Positions 51,974 to 61,316 of a stretch of 63,489 nt of DNA are shown piece after piece. Within the stretch, counting starts at the first letter, position 1; each line of letters opens with the position of its first letter. Made by a program: the position numbers and the translations under genes. The stretch comes from a virus (lineage: Duplodnaviria; Caudoviricetes), in the IMG/VR virus record IMGVR_UViG_3300050029_000088, positions 1 through 63,489 of that record; one strand, given 5' to 3'. The notes beneath the pieces are model-generated. The model did no database searches. It saw only the letters and a list, made by a program, of their open reading frames with translations, and was not told the origin of the DNA.

Positions 51974-52653
51974 TTGATCCCGAGAACATCTGCGCGATCC
52001 TGCTCACACGCGGCGACGTGCCCGACGCAATGAAGCAGATCAGGGACAGCCTTCCCTACGGAGAGGTTCGGGTGTGGGACAACGCGACTCGCCCCTTCGA
52101 CGCGAGGGTCTACGGGCGCTACCTCGCCATCGAGGAGACGGACAAGCCGGTGATTTATTTTCAGGATGACGATTGTGTCGTCAAGGATTGGAGCCACCGC
52201 GAGTTGATGGAGAACTACCAGCCTGGCACGATCATCGCCAACATGGTCGCAGGCCACCGCGACGACGAACCGCCGATGCTGGGCTGGGGTGCCCTGTTCG
52301 CTCGCGACCTGCCCGCGCGAGCGTTCGCCAAGTGGCACGCGGCGGGCTATCCCTTCGATTGGCGGATCGCCCGCTATCCCGAGTCCATCTTCACTGCGCT
52401 GACCCCGTGGAAGAAGCTCGTCCACGGCACGCACGCCGCGCCGGATGAGAAGGCGTACGTCGGGCTGCCATGCGAGACTGCGCCGAACCGCTCGCACCTA
52501 CAGGCCGACCACTACGGCAACTTTGCGCAGGTCTTGCAGGAGGCTCTCGCGGTCGCTCGCGGCGTCGAGGCCGTGGCCGAACCGAGCGCGAAGCTCACCG
52601 GCTCCGAGTCCTACGATGATGAGCTTTCCGCTCGACTCGCGCGTTGCGGTTGA
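51970..52653 (+). CDS. putative GT-A glycosyltransferase
   Basis: VWDN, YGRY, IYFQDDD, GWGALF. Confidence 0.65.
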   Translation: MIDPENICAILLTRGDVPDAMKQIRDSLPYGEVRVWDNATRPFDARVYGRYLAIEETDKPVIYFQDDDCVVKDWSHRELMENYQPGTIIANMVAGHRDDEPPMLGWGALFARDLPARAFAKWHAAGYPFDWRIARYPESIFTALTPWKKLVHGTHAAPDEKAYVGLPCETAPNRSHLQADHYGNFAQVLQEALAVARGVEAVAEPSAKLTGSESYDDELSARLARCG

Positions 52654-52913
52654 GGACGGCTGGGAGGGCTCGTGCGCCGAGCACGGGCGCGAGTTCGATC
52701 CCGGCTGTTCCGTCTGTTCGCTCCTAACGCGAGTCGACCGAGCGCAGCAGGCCGCAGTCCGGGCCACCCGGCGCGAGGAGGAGGACAGAGTAACGCAAAT
52801 AGCCATGCTTCGTCCGAATAGCCCCGTGGGCCGCTCATGGGAGATACCCCCGCGCTGGCAGTCCGCGCTCGCGCTCGCGGCCGGGATCGCGTTCATCGTC
52901 GTCTTCCGTTGAT

Positions 52914-52927
52914 CCCTCGTTCGAGGG
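52914..52927 (+). promoter_or_regulatory. CCCTC-N4-GAGGG box
   Basis: CCCTCGTTCGAGGG-N24-GATACT-N6-ATG. Confidence 0.7.
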
Positions 52928-53263
52928 ATGGCGCTCGCGGGCCGCGTGGGCGATACTTGATATATGGCGTTCACTCCCCACTGGGCCGAGGTTGACGGGC
53001 CGCTGCCGCACCGCTGCGAGGCGTGCGAGAAGATGGTCACGGGGCCAGTGTGGGTCTACTGGCACCGCTTCGACGGGTACAACCACTGCGTCTGCGCGTC
53101 GTGCGCGGGTGCGCTGACCGAGGAGAAGGCCGCATGAGCGACGACTTCAACCCTCCCTACGACGAGGACGACGTACCGTTCGAGCCCGGCGAGCCCCCCG
53201 AGCCCTGCACGCTCAAGGAGTTCCTCGATTCCTACCCCTACGGAACCGTCCCGCACCCCGAAT

Positions 53264-53277
53264 CCCTCTGACGAGGG
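53264..53277 (+). promoter_or_regulatory. CCCTC-N4-GAGGG box
   Basis: CCCTCTGACGAGGG-N24-GATACT-N6-GTG. Confidence 0.7.
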
Positions 53278-53504
53278 ATGGACAAGAAGCCCGCAAATGG
53301 CGATACTAGGAGTGTGATGAAAGAGATGTCCTTCCTTCTGGCTTCCACCCCCGCCGACGGCGGCAGTCCCGTGTTCGAGATGTTCTACTGCCCCGGCGAG
53401 TTGGCCGAGTGGAAGATGGTGTTGGAGGAGATGGGCTTCTCGTGCTCGGTCAGCGAGCACCCCTGCGAGACTCACGACCACGGCCCAGTGCTAGGAGGTA
53501 AGAA

Positions 53505-53783
53505 GTGAGCGGCAAGATGACTGACCCGGAGAATCTGGCCTTTGCGATGAGCCTCGGCGTTGAGTTCACGGAGGTCGCAGTCACCGCGATCTTTGTCGAG
53601 CAGGCGTCCGATGAGGACGCGACCGGCGACGAGCGGATTTGTTTCTACGTCTACCCCGGTGATGACGATGGGGAGGACGCGCTGTTCGGAAAGGGCTACA
53701 CCTACTACCACGCGGGAGAGGCGCTCGCCCACGCTCACAAGATGGCGAGCAACTACTGCGTGGACGAGATTGTGACCTGCTAA
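53505..53783 (+). CDS. acidic hypothetical protein
   Basis: AGGAGG SD. Confidence 0.55.
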   Translation: MSGKMTDPENLAFAMSLGVEFTEVAVTAIFVEQASDEDATGDERICFYVYPGDDDGEDALFGKGYTYYHAGEALAHAHKMASNYCVDEIVTC

Positions 53784-53794
53784 GAGGAGGAGCG

Positions 53795-54010
53795 ATGGCG
53801 ACTGTCTACACATACGATCCGGTGGGCTGGGATGTCTTCGACGGACGAACCGACTTGAAGCCGGGGGATCGCGTTGTCAAGACGCAGCCGCACGGGTGCC
53901 CGCGCAACGGCACGATGGGTCACTGCTTCGTGGCCGACGCCGAGACGGGCAAGTTCGTCGGGCTCGTGATGGTGAAGTCCCTCAAGCGTGCGGGCCGGGT
54001 GGCAGCGTGA
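53795..54010 (+). CDS. hypothetical protein
   Basis: GAGGAG SD; GCPRNGTMGHC. Confidence 0.6.
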   Translation: MATVYTYDPVGWDVFDGRTDLKPGDRVVKTQPHGCPRNGTMGHCFVADAETGKFVGLVMVKSLKRAGRVAA

Positions 54011-54418
54011 ACGCGCGGGCCGGTCAGGTCAGGCGGGCGCAGCGGGCGCTCCGGCTCGCGCCGGACACTCGCGCTCTCAAGCGCGAGCTACAGCACGGCA
54101 ACCCGTACGCGCTGGCCCTGCTCGGGCGGCGTGGGCTCGTCTACACCTTCGGAGCAATCCGGCGGAAGGAGGGATGATGGAGGAACGTGAGATGTTCGAG
54201 GAACTGCTCGCGGGCCTGCGCGGTCGCACCGATGCGATCAAGGATAACGCCGAGCGCCGCAAGGTCGCAGAGCGCGAAGGCGTCAAGCGTGCCCGGCGCG
54301 AGACAAGCTCCCTGCGCGGGCGAGTTCGCTTCGGCAACGAGGGCTACCGAGCCCGCGACTAGCTGCCCCGCCAGCACGGGTCGCTTTCTGCGACCCGTGC
54401 TACAATCCCCCGTAGCTC

Positions 54419-54721
54419 ATGTATCACACGAAGGTCATCCCCGTCGAAGTCGTGCAGGCCGGGGGCACTTCCCTCGGAAGTGTCGGCGTCCCGCCCTGTC
54501 GATTCGCAGGCTCCTTCTACACCTGCGAGCCGGACGGCGACTTCGGGGTCGTGCTGACCAACAAGGATCAGACCTTGCAGACGCTCACCAACGTAGACGA
54601 CGGCGATATGCGCCCGCTCGCGTGGGATGCCGAACTGCTCTGCTCGGGAGAAATCAACGTCGCCGTGTCGGGCGCGAGCGCCGACGGCATCGTCTACGTC
54701 TCCTGCCTCATCCGCTACTAG
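54419..54721 (+). CDS. hypothetical virion protein
   Basis: TACAAT upstream; first gene of the head-tail block. Confidence 0.5.
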   Translation: MYHTKVIPVEVVQAGGTSLGSVGVPPCRFAGSFYTCEPDGDFGVVLTNKDQTLQTLTNVDDGDMRPLAWDAELLCSGEINVAVSGASADGIVYVSCLIRY

Positions 54722-54736
54722 GGGTACACTCGGCGT

Positions 54737-55270
54737 ATGCCGTGGCTCGCCGTCACCGGGACTACTCAGTGGGGCGCGGGACGCAACCTGCCGACGTTCA
54801 AGCCGGGCGTCTACGAAGTCTCTGAGGAAGTCGCCGCCATCGCTCGCCGGGACGCGCCGCCGCGCGTCGTCGTCTGCAACGAGGAGCCGACTGTCACGAC
54901 CGGGCACGGCGAGCCGCCGCTGACGCTGGACGACCTGCGCATCGGTACGGGCGACGGAGTGCATCTCACACGCGAGGACATCCCCGAGCTAATGCCCGAG
55001 ACGTTGGCGGACGAGCCCGTGATCGACCTCTACCCCTGCGAGTTCTGTCCCGACAGCTTCGCGAACGAGGCTCCGCTCCGGCGGCACATTCGTCTACACC
55101 ACGAGGTTCACCACGAGCGCCTGACTGCCGAGGAACAGGCCGAGGCCGACCGGCTACGGGCCGAGCGCGACGAAGCGGCAAGGCTGGCCGCTGCCATCGC
55201 GAAGGACTTGCACCCGGCAGAGCGCGAGATTCTCGATCCTGACCTCGGGGCCGAGGTAGACTCTCCCTAA
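54737..55270 (+). CDS. C2H2 zinc-finger protein
   Basis: YPCEFCPDSF..LRRHIRLHH; TACACT-N6-ATG. Confidence 0.7.
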   Translation: MPWLAVTGTTQWGAGRNLPTFKPGVYEVSEEVAAIARRDAPPRVVVCNEEPTVTTGHGEPPLTLDDLRIGTGDGVHLTREDIPELMPETLADEPVIDLYPCEFCPDSFANEAPLRRHIRLHHEVHHERLTAEEQAEADRLRAERDEAARLAAAIAKDLHPAEREILDPDLGAEVDSP

Positions 55271-55917
55271 TGGCAGCCGACCTTGCAAGCATCGCGGACG
55301 TGAAGCGAATCCTTCGGATCGAGTCTTCGACTGATCCCGTGATCGACGCACGCCTACAGGCGGGGCTCGACGTGATGGAGGAGTGGGTACTCCCGAAGCT
55401 CAAGTACGTCGGCAAGGAAGGAGCTTGGTGCGAGGTCTACTTCGACATCTCGGAGGACGCCACACTGCGGCTCCCGGCCAACGACATCACGATCACGAAG
55501 GTCAACGTCTTTGAGTACCCCTCGTCCTTCGGCATCCCGCTCTCGCCTATCGAGCTAGGGCTCGGGCACGGATTCGACCAAGACGATCAGGGCAACCTCA
55601 TGCTTCGCCCATCGCTATACTTCTCGCCCTTCCAGGGCGCGGTAGCATCCCGTCCTCGGCGCACGTATTCGCGCGTCGAGGTTCACTATCTCGGCTCGGG
55701 GGTAGTTCCTCGAACCATCACCGAAGGCATCGCCTTCCTTGCAGCGGGCTACTACCAGGATGGCCCTCGGATTCTCGCGGGGCTCAAGAGCGAGAAGATC
55801 GGGGAATACAGCTACACGCTCGCAGACCGACTCGCGCCGGACGAGGCCGACTACGTGGCGCAGGGTCTTTGGTTCCTCGGCCCGCAGTTCAAGCGTCAAC
55901 GGGTGGCGGTGATCTAG
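55270..55917 (+). CDS. head-tail connector/adaptor
   Basis: LASIADVK, VEVHY..VP, LKSEKIGEYSYT. Confidence 0.8.
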   Translation: MAADLASIADVKRILRIESSTDPVIDARLQAGLDVMEEWVLPKLKYVGKEGAWCEVYFDISEDATLRLPANDITITKVNVFEYPSSFGIPLSPIELGLGHGFDQDDQGNLMLRPSLYFSPFQGAVASRPRRTYSRVEVHYLGSGVVPRTITEGIAFLAAGYYQDGPRILAGLKSEKIGEYSYTLADRLAPDEADYVAQGLWFLGPQFKRQRVAVI

Positions 55918-56262
55918 GTGGCCGGTCTTCCGATCCCCGTGCTCGTGGTCACACGCGACTCGCCCGGCCAGGATGTCCCGAGCGCGATCACAGACGCGGG
56001 CGACGGGCTCGTCATCGAGGACAACTACGGCAACGTCTTCCTATTCGTGACCAACCCGGAGTCGGGGGAGGGCACGGCCACGATCACCCCACACGCGACA
56101 GGGCCGGGCGGCGCAGCCTTCGCGCCGTCGGTCATCGTGATCCCGGCAGACTCCTCGGCGTGGGTAGGGCCGTGGCCGACGGCGATCTTCAACGATGACG
56201 CCAACACGGTCTACGTGTCCGACCCGTCGGGCACTTTGGAGTTCACCGGGCTGAGGTACTAG
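55918..56262 (+). CDS. putative virion protein
   Basis: WVGPWP; paralogue of 29767..30120. Confidence 0.55.
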   Translation: MAGLPIPVLVVTRDSPGQDVPSAITDAGDGLVIEDNYGNVFLFVTNPESGEGTATITPHATGPGGAAFAPSVIVIPADSSAWVGPWPTAIFNDDANTVYVSDPSGTLEFTGLRY

Positions 56263-56266
56263 GCCC

Positions 56267-56689
56267 GTGGCCTTCACCGATCTTCTCATTCACACGGTTG
56301 AGGTCTACGGTCGAGCAGCCGAGGACGAGACGGGCACCGCGAAGCTCGACCGCTTCGGGCAGCCGCTCTCGGTCAACCCCCGACAGCACGAGGTCGGCGG
56401 GCAGACGCTCGTCGCCACGTACCCGTGTCGCGTGTACCTCAAGGCGGGCGGGCTCGTGATGATGGAGCGGGCCATCGACACGTTCGAGCGTGTCTACTGC
56501 ATGTTCACGGAGCCGGACACTCTCATCTACGAAGACGACGCCGTGCGCGTGCTCGATCAGAACGGCCGCGTGCTCATCAACCTCGCCAAGATCAAAGACG
56601 CCGAGGAGAAATACGACGGCGCGGGGCCGCATCACATGGAGTTCGCAGTTTGGGAACAGTCCGGCCCGAAGCCGGAGCGGGTGCCGTAG
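56267..56689 (+). CDS. head closure/stopper protein
   Basis: LLIHTVEV..DRFGQP..PCR..HHME. Confidence 0.7.
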   Translation: MAFTDLLIHTVEVYGRAAEDETGTAKLDRFGQPLSVNPRQHEVGGQTLVATYPCRVYLKAGGLVMMERAIDTFERVYCMFTEPDTLIYEDDAVRVLDQNGRVLINLAKIKDAEEKYDGAGPHHMEFAVWEQSGPKPERVP

Positions 56690-57111
56690 TGGGCCAGGTC
56701 GGTAAGAACTCGTGGTTTGGGCCGGAGATTGTTGCGCGGATCAACCGCGCGTCGGGTCGCGCCATCGTCGGGATCGGCATGGCCGTCGCCGTCGAGACGA
56801 AGGTCGTGACGCACGTCGTCTCGGGCAACCTGCGCCGCTCGATCCATGCGGCTCCCGTTCGCTACACGGACGCCGAGGCAGACCTGCGCAACGTCGAGTC
56901 GTTCGCTGACCTCATGTTGCTCTACGGCCCGCCGCCGCCGACGCGGACACCGCTCGGCCCGGCCATCGAGGTCGGCTCGTGGCTCCCGTACGCCTGCGTC
57001 GAGTGGGTCGGCCGGATGCACCCCGGCATCACGCTCGGGCTCGAAGCCGTACGCGGACAGCGGGCTCACAGAATCGTCTACACGGCGTTCAAGGCAGAGG
57101 GGTTGGTATGA
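56689..57111 (+). CDS. HK97 gp10-like tail completion protein
   Basis: HVVSGNLRRSI..VGSWLPYACVE. Confidence 0.65.
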   Translation: MGQVGKNSWFGPEIVARINRASGRAIVGIGMAVAVETKVVTHVVSGNLRRSIHAAPVRYTDAEADLRNVESFADLMLLYGPPPPTRTPLGPAIEVGSWLPYACVEWVGRMHPGITLGLEAVRGQRAHRIVYTAFKAEGLV

Positions 57112-57527
57112 ACACGACCAACGAGATAAGCCCGGCGGAGCTTGCCGCCGACCTGCTCACCCGCTGGGGGCTGCCTCCGGTGCGAGTAGTCGTCGGCCCG
57201 GCGACGGACAAGCTACAGCAGGCGGGCGTCATCTCGTGCATGGCGGCGGGCCTTCCTGTAGTAGAGGAGTACGTGCCGATCCAGTGGGCTCGGGTACAGA
57301 TGCGATGCCTCGCCGGAACGCTCGCGCAAGCGGATAACATCTCGCAGGCCGTCCAACGGGACATTCATGCGAAGGTCAGGAAGTTCGTCTACATGGCGTC
57401 GACCGACTCGTGGTATCTGCTTCATCTCTGCAAGATCACCGCTGGGCCGTCGATGCACTTCGACTCGCCCGAGACGTGGGAGACGCTCGTCTTCGCGGAG
57501 CTAATGCTCTCGAACGAGCGACTCTAG
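57108..57527 (+). CDS. tail terminator protein
   Basis: Position in the block; RVQMRCLA motif. Confidence 0.6.
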   Translation: MNTTNEISPAELAADLLTRWGLPPVRVVVGPATDKLQQAGVISCMAAGLPVVEEYVPIQWARVQMRCLAGTLAQADNISQAVQRDIHAKVRKFVYMASTDSWYLLHLCKITAGPSMHFDSPETWETLVFAELMLSNERL

Positions 57528-57598
57528 CTCCGGGTCAGGGGATCGAACCCTGCCCTCCGCGTCCAGAGCGCGGCGTCCTACCGATAGACCAACCCGGA
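57528..57598 (-). tRNA. tRNA-Gln(CTG)
   Basis: TCCGGGT/ACCCGGA acceptor; CCGCG-CTCTGGA-CGCGG anticodon arm; TTCGA T-loop. Confidence 0.9.
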
Positions 57599-57618
57599 CG
57601 TGCTACAGTCTACTCGAC

Positions 57619-57687
57619 GGTCACGTAGCTCAGATAGGTAGAGCGCCGGGGCACCGGAGGTCGCGGGTTCGAGTCCCGCCGGGGCGT
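57619..57687 (+). ncRNA. tRNA-like gene with collapsed anticodon loop
   Basis: Intact D arm (TAGCTCAG..GGTAGAGC) and T arm (GCGGG-TTCGAGT-CCCGC); anticodon arm is CCGG-GGCA-CCGG; poor local acceptor pairing. Confidence 0.65.
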
Positions 57688-57880
57688 CACGTTGGGGCCA
57701 AGCGGCTCGGGCACATGACCCTCATGGCCGGGTAGCCTGAGAGCCGGGGCAGCGCCCGGCTCCCCTTCTCATCTTCACTGTTTGGGCCTTCTTCACCGTG
57801 ACGGTGAATATGCACGTTCGCGCACATACGGCGTTCGCTCGGCCCGTGGCCCTGCAATCTGCGTGATCGTGCGTCGTGAT

Positions 57881-58087
57881 CTAGGTAGAACGCGACGGCG
57901 GACGGCCTAGATGCCACGCTAGCGCGAGTGCCCAGCCGACGATCCCGATGCGAGCGGCGAGCGGCCAGCGGCGGCTAGCGGCCCACGCGGCGTGTGAGAC
58001 GCGAGGCATACGCTCGTCCAACACGGACAGGGCTTCCCACGCGCCGAGCGCGATGGCGGTGCTCGCCCATACGTCCCCTGTCGTCAT
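57881..58087 (-). CDS. small membrane protein
   Basis: Two Trp-rich hydrophobic segments. Confidence 0.55.
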   Translation of the reverse strand: MTTGDVWASTAIALGAWEALSVLDERMPRVSHAAWAASRRWPLAARIGIVGWALALAWHLGRPPSRST

Positions 58088-58096
58088 GGGAGGAGT

Positions 58097-58831
58097 CTAT
58101 CGGTCGGCAGAAAGCAGGTCGGCGTAGGCCCATGCAAGAGTGCCCCGGTCAACCTGGCCCGAGCGCGTCGGCTTCCAGAACAGGGGATCGAGCGCGGAGC
58201 CGAGGTCAATCACCGTCATGCTTGGGTCGCGCTCGATCAGTTCCCCGGCGACGTACTTCGCCGCGTGCGCGGCAGAGAGGAGCACGACCTCGTAGGCCGA
58301 GAGGAAGCGCACGAGCGAGTCCTGCTCGACGCGGGAGTCCTGCCATTCCTGCCCGAGCGGCACCGGAACCCAGTCGGCCCGCATCATCCGAGCGCCGTCC
58401 TTGAGCGGGACGGGCGCGACGTACGCCTTGCGCCGGTCGTCCCGCGCGACCGCCGTGTAGAAGCGTCTCAGATCGGCGGAGAGCCGGTCGTGCTCAACGG
58501 CGTGCGCCGAGAGGAAGGGACGGTGGCCGATCACCTTGAGGAGTTCCTGCCACTCCGGCTCTAGCCCCTCGGGAAGCTCCCCGAAGAAGCACTGCTCGGG
58601 CGAGTCCGCGAGCTTGACGAGCGCCGACAGGGTGAGGGCTCCCGTCTCGGGGCGAAGGTAGAGCCCGTTGGCGTCCGGCGCGTCCCCGCGCCCATAGGCC
58701 GTTACGCCGTAGATGTTGCAGACCACGCCGTCCCCGATCTTGACGTAGGAGAAGGGGGTACGGGATACGAGATGGGCGCGGAGGATCGCGGCGGACTCGT
58801 CCGGGCCGGGCGTGCCGGTGCCGCGCTTCAT
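58097..58831 (-). CDS. GT-D fold (DUF1792-like) glycosyltransferase
   Basis: PFSYVKIGDG, VLLSAA..AK, IDLGSALD. Confidence 0.7.
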   Translation of the reverse strand: MKRGTGTPGPDESAAILRAHLVSRTPFSYVKIGDGVVCNIYGVTAYGRGDAPDANGLYLRPETGALTLSALVKLADSPEQCFFGELPEGLEPEWQELLKVIGHRPFLSAHAVEHDRLSADLRRFYTAVARDDRRKAYVAPVPLKDGARMMRADWVPVPLGQEWQDSRVEQDSLVRFLSAYEVVLLSAAHAAKYVAGELIERDPSMTVIDLGSALDPLFWKPTRSGQVDRGTLAWAYADLLSADR

Positions 58832-58999
58832 CGGGGCACCGGGACAGAAGGCCGTTTCGTCGTATACTCCTGCATGTGACCACCCGAGAAGAAGCCCGCG
58901 ACGATATGGCATGGGCGATTTATGCCGAGGAGCAAGAAGCCCGAAAACAGGCACGTCCGGTTGAGAGACAGTGGCCGGGTGATGATGTTCTCCGCCATG

Positions 59000-59356
59000 C
59001 TATTGAGGACGCCCATCGCGGCGACCAAGCTCGGGAGGACGACACCACGACATAGCGGTTTCAGCCTGTCTGCGCTTGGGCTGCCCTACGTGGGGAAGGA
59101 TCAGGCGGAGGACTCGCCACGCATCCGGGCCAGTGATGGCGAGCCGGTGCAGGTTTTTTCGTTCGTGCTTAACTCTCTGTTTAGGTACGCCGACCAAGCG
59201 AGCGAAGCGATCAAGAGGACGCCGATCCTTTTGGGGCACCGTGACTCTCAGGTAGTACCGCATCGTTCCGTCTCCCTTATTGCGCTGACGTATCGTGGTT
59301 GCAGACCCCTCCGCCTCAAAGAACCCAGCGAGCCACCCGAGGTCGGCCTCTTTCAT
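59000..59356 (-). CDS. free-standing LAGLIDADG endonuclease
   Basis: DLGWLAGFFEAEGS; ILPH..KRRQA. Confidence 0.85.
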   Translation of the reverse strand: MKEADLGWLAGFFEAEGSATTIRQRNKGDGTMRYYLRVTVPQKDRRPLDRFARLVGVPKQRVKHERKNLHRLAITGPDAWRVLRLILPHVGQPKRRQAETAMSWCRPPELGRRDGRPQ

Positions 59357-59523
59357 CGCTTCACCGGGCCGGGGCCGCGCATCTCGACGCCTGCCAGCCG
59401 GAGGAGGCGGATCACCTTGCCACGGCTCCAACCCGTGAGAGAGGAGATGCCCCGCGTCGAGAAGCCGCGCCGGTAGAGCATGGCGGCGTGCTCTATGTCC
59501 GTGCGCCTGACGACGTGGGGCAT
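59353..59523 (-). CDS. small HTH protein
   Basis: LYRRGFSTRGISSLTGWSRGKVIRLLRLAGVEMR. Confidence 0.65.
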   Translation of the reverse strand: MPHVVRRTDIEHAAMLYRRGFSTRGISSLTGWSRGKVIRLLRLAGVEMRGPGPVKR

Positions 59524-59579
59524 GAGTGAATGGTACTACATAGCAGACGGGCGGCGCGGGGCGCGGTATCTTACTGGGC

Positions 59580-59804
59580 ATGGGACAGGTATACGACCTC
59601 TACACCGCTGCGGTTGACGCAGTGGACGCCTACTCCGACGCTTGTGGTACGGCTCAGGCCGGGTACACGGACGACACGGAGACGATGGCGCTGTACGGGC
59701 TCGGGGTCGTGTCAGCCGACTTCGCGCAGTTCGCTCTCACGGGTGAGCTTGGCGCGAGGGCCGCGAACCGCATCCTGGCCGACGAGGGCATCGACAGCTT
59801 CTAG
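59580..59804 (+). CDS. small acidic helical protein
   Basis: TATCTT-N7-ATG. Confidence 0.6.
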   Translation: MGQVYDLYTAAVDAVDAYSDACGTAQAGYTDDTETMALYGLGVVSADFAQFALTGELGARAANRILADEGIDSF

Positions 59805-59806
59805 TC

Positions 59807-60373
59807 ATGGCGAACGTCGAGCCCTTCGAGATTGTTGCTGGCCCGCTGGACGTTTTCTTCAAGGCGACCGGCGGCAGCTTCCCGGCGCTAGGCGCTGACC
59901 CCGGCACTGCCGGGTGGACGAAAGTCGGGTACACCGAAGGAGGCGTGAAAGTTGGATCGCCGCAGGTCGTGGTCGAGCTTCGCGCCGATCAGGTCACGGG
60001 AATCCTCAAGGCCGTCCGCTCCGAGGAGGATTGCGTCATCACCTTCGACATCGCCTCCCTGACCCTAGAGAACTACGCCCTGGCCCTCAACCGCGCCCTC
60101 TCGGGTGGCGGCTCGGACGGCGTGGGGCAGCCTCTCTATCGCGGCGGCTTCCAGGTCGAGACGCTCAGCCTCCTGCTCAAGAACGATCATCTCAGTCCTT
60201 ATGGCGATTCACCCTTGCAGTTCGAGCTTCCGGTCGTGTTCCAGGCCGGTAGCCCCGAGGCGGACTTCACGAAGGACAACAAGGCCGTGCTCCACTGCGA
60301 GTTTCACGTACAGATCGACCCGGCCGTCGCCCCCAACGATCCCGCGTCCTTCGGCTACATCCGAGCCGACTAA
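59807..60373 (+). CDS. major tail (tube) protein
   Basis: GWTKVGYTEGGV..DQ..TLENYALAL pattern. Confidence 0.85.
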   Translation: MANVEPFEIVAGPLDVFFKATGGSFPALGADPGTAGWTKVGYTEGGVKVGSPQVVVELRADQVTGILKAVRSEEDCVITFDIASLTLENYALALNRALSGGGSDGVGQPLYRGGFQVETLSLLLKNDHLSPYGDSPLQFELPVVFQAGSPEADFTKDNKAVLHCEFHVQIDPAVAPNDPASFGYIRAD

Positions 60374-60582
60374 TGTCCGTCCTGACTGACTACGAGGCAG
60401 CCGTTGCGGCTGTCGAGGCTGCGCAGGACACCGCCGAAGCCGCGCTCGATCCAGTTGCCAACTCCGGCTACGACAACGGCATCTACGCGAAGGTGGCCCA
60501 GTCGTGCGCCGAGGCACTCGCCTCCCTCAAGGGCGGCGCGGGTCAGTTGAGCCAACTCGACAACAAGCTACATCACCTGTAG
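60373..60582 (+). CDS. small acidic helical protein
   Basis: TAATG coupling. Confidence 0.6.
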   Translation: MSVLTDYEAAVAAVEAAQDTAEAALDPVANSGYDNGIYAKVAQSCAEALASLKGGAGQLSQLDNKLHHL

Positions 60583-60585
60583 GCC

Positions 60586-60834
60586 ATGACGATCCCCTCG
60601 AACCTCACCGAGTCTCGCTCCATCAACGCCGGATGCTTCGTCGTCAAGACGCTCGACGGCGCGGTCAACGCCTTCCTCTCCGGGCTCAACGGCGCGGCGA
60701 GCGACCTCGACATCGTTGCCGACGGGCTCGCCCTTTGGGCCGTCGCGGCTGAGGAAGACGAGTTCGGGGCAGGTGGCACCGCCTTCATCGTCTCCGCCGA
60801 AGCCTTCAAGCGCGTTCACGCCCGCCGGTACTAG
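60586..60834 (+). CDS. hypothetical protein
   Basis: GC3-rich; in the operon. Confidence 0.55.
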   Translation: MTIPSNLTESRSINAGCFVVKTLDGAVNAFLSGLNGAASDLDIVADGLALWAVAAEEDEFGAGGTAFIVSAEAFKRVHARRY

Positions 60835-60837
60835 GCC

Positions 60838-61092
60838 ATGACGCCGCCGACCGCGCCGGACATTCTGTTCAAGGCCGCGAGCGATGCCGTCAAGGCGGCA
60901 ATCGACTCCGCCGAGTTCTACCTCGACTTGAACGCCGATACGCACGACACTTCCCCGGATGCCGGTAACGACAACTTTCTAGTCACCCTCGCTCGCGCGA
61001 ACCAGGCGCTTCACGCGGCTCAGGAGATTCTCGACGGGCCGACGGGCAACAAGGCCACGTACAACGCCCTGCACAACTCGCCGGGCGCATAG
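60838..61092 (+). CDS. small acidic helical protein
   Basis: GC3-rich; in the operon. Confidence 0.55.
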   Translation: MTPPTAPDILFKAASDAVKAAIDSAEFYLDLNADTHDTSPDAGNDNFLVTLARANQALHAAQEILDGPTGNKATYNALHNSPGA

Positions 61093-61157
61093 CCAACACC
61101 CCGCTCGGGGCTCAACACGGAGGCACGGCCATACCGGCGCAACCTCAACTGACGATC

Positions 61158-61316
61158 ATGCTAGACCTCTCCGCTGCGCGTGCGCAGGTGAAGAAGGTCG
61201 TGCGTGCTGCCGACGAGGCGAACCGGGAACTGGCCCGACTCGAAGACAGGCTTGCCGAGCTAGAGGCTCGGCTGGCATCCGTAGGAATCCACTTGGAGGT
61301 ACAGAATGGAACGTGA
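61158..61316 (+). CDS. small coiled-coil protein (possible upstream ATA start at 61131)
   Basis: LARLEDRLAELEARL heptads. Confidence 0.5.
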   Translation: MLDLSAARAQVKKVVRAADEANRELARLEDRLAELEARLASVGIHLEVQNGT

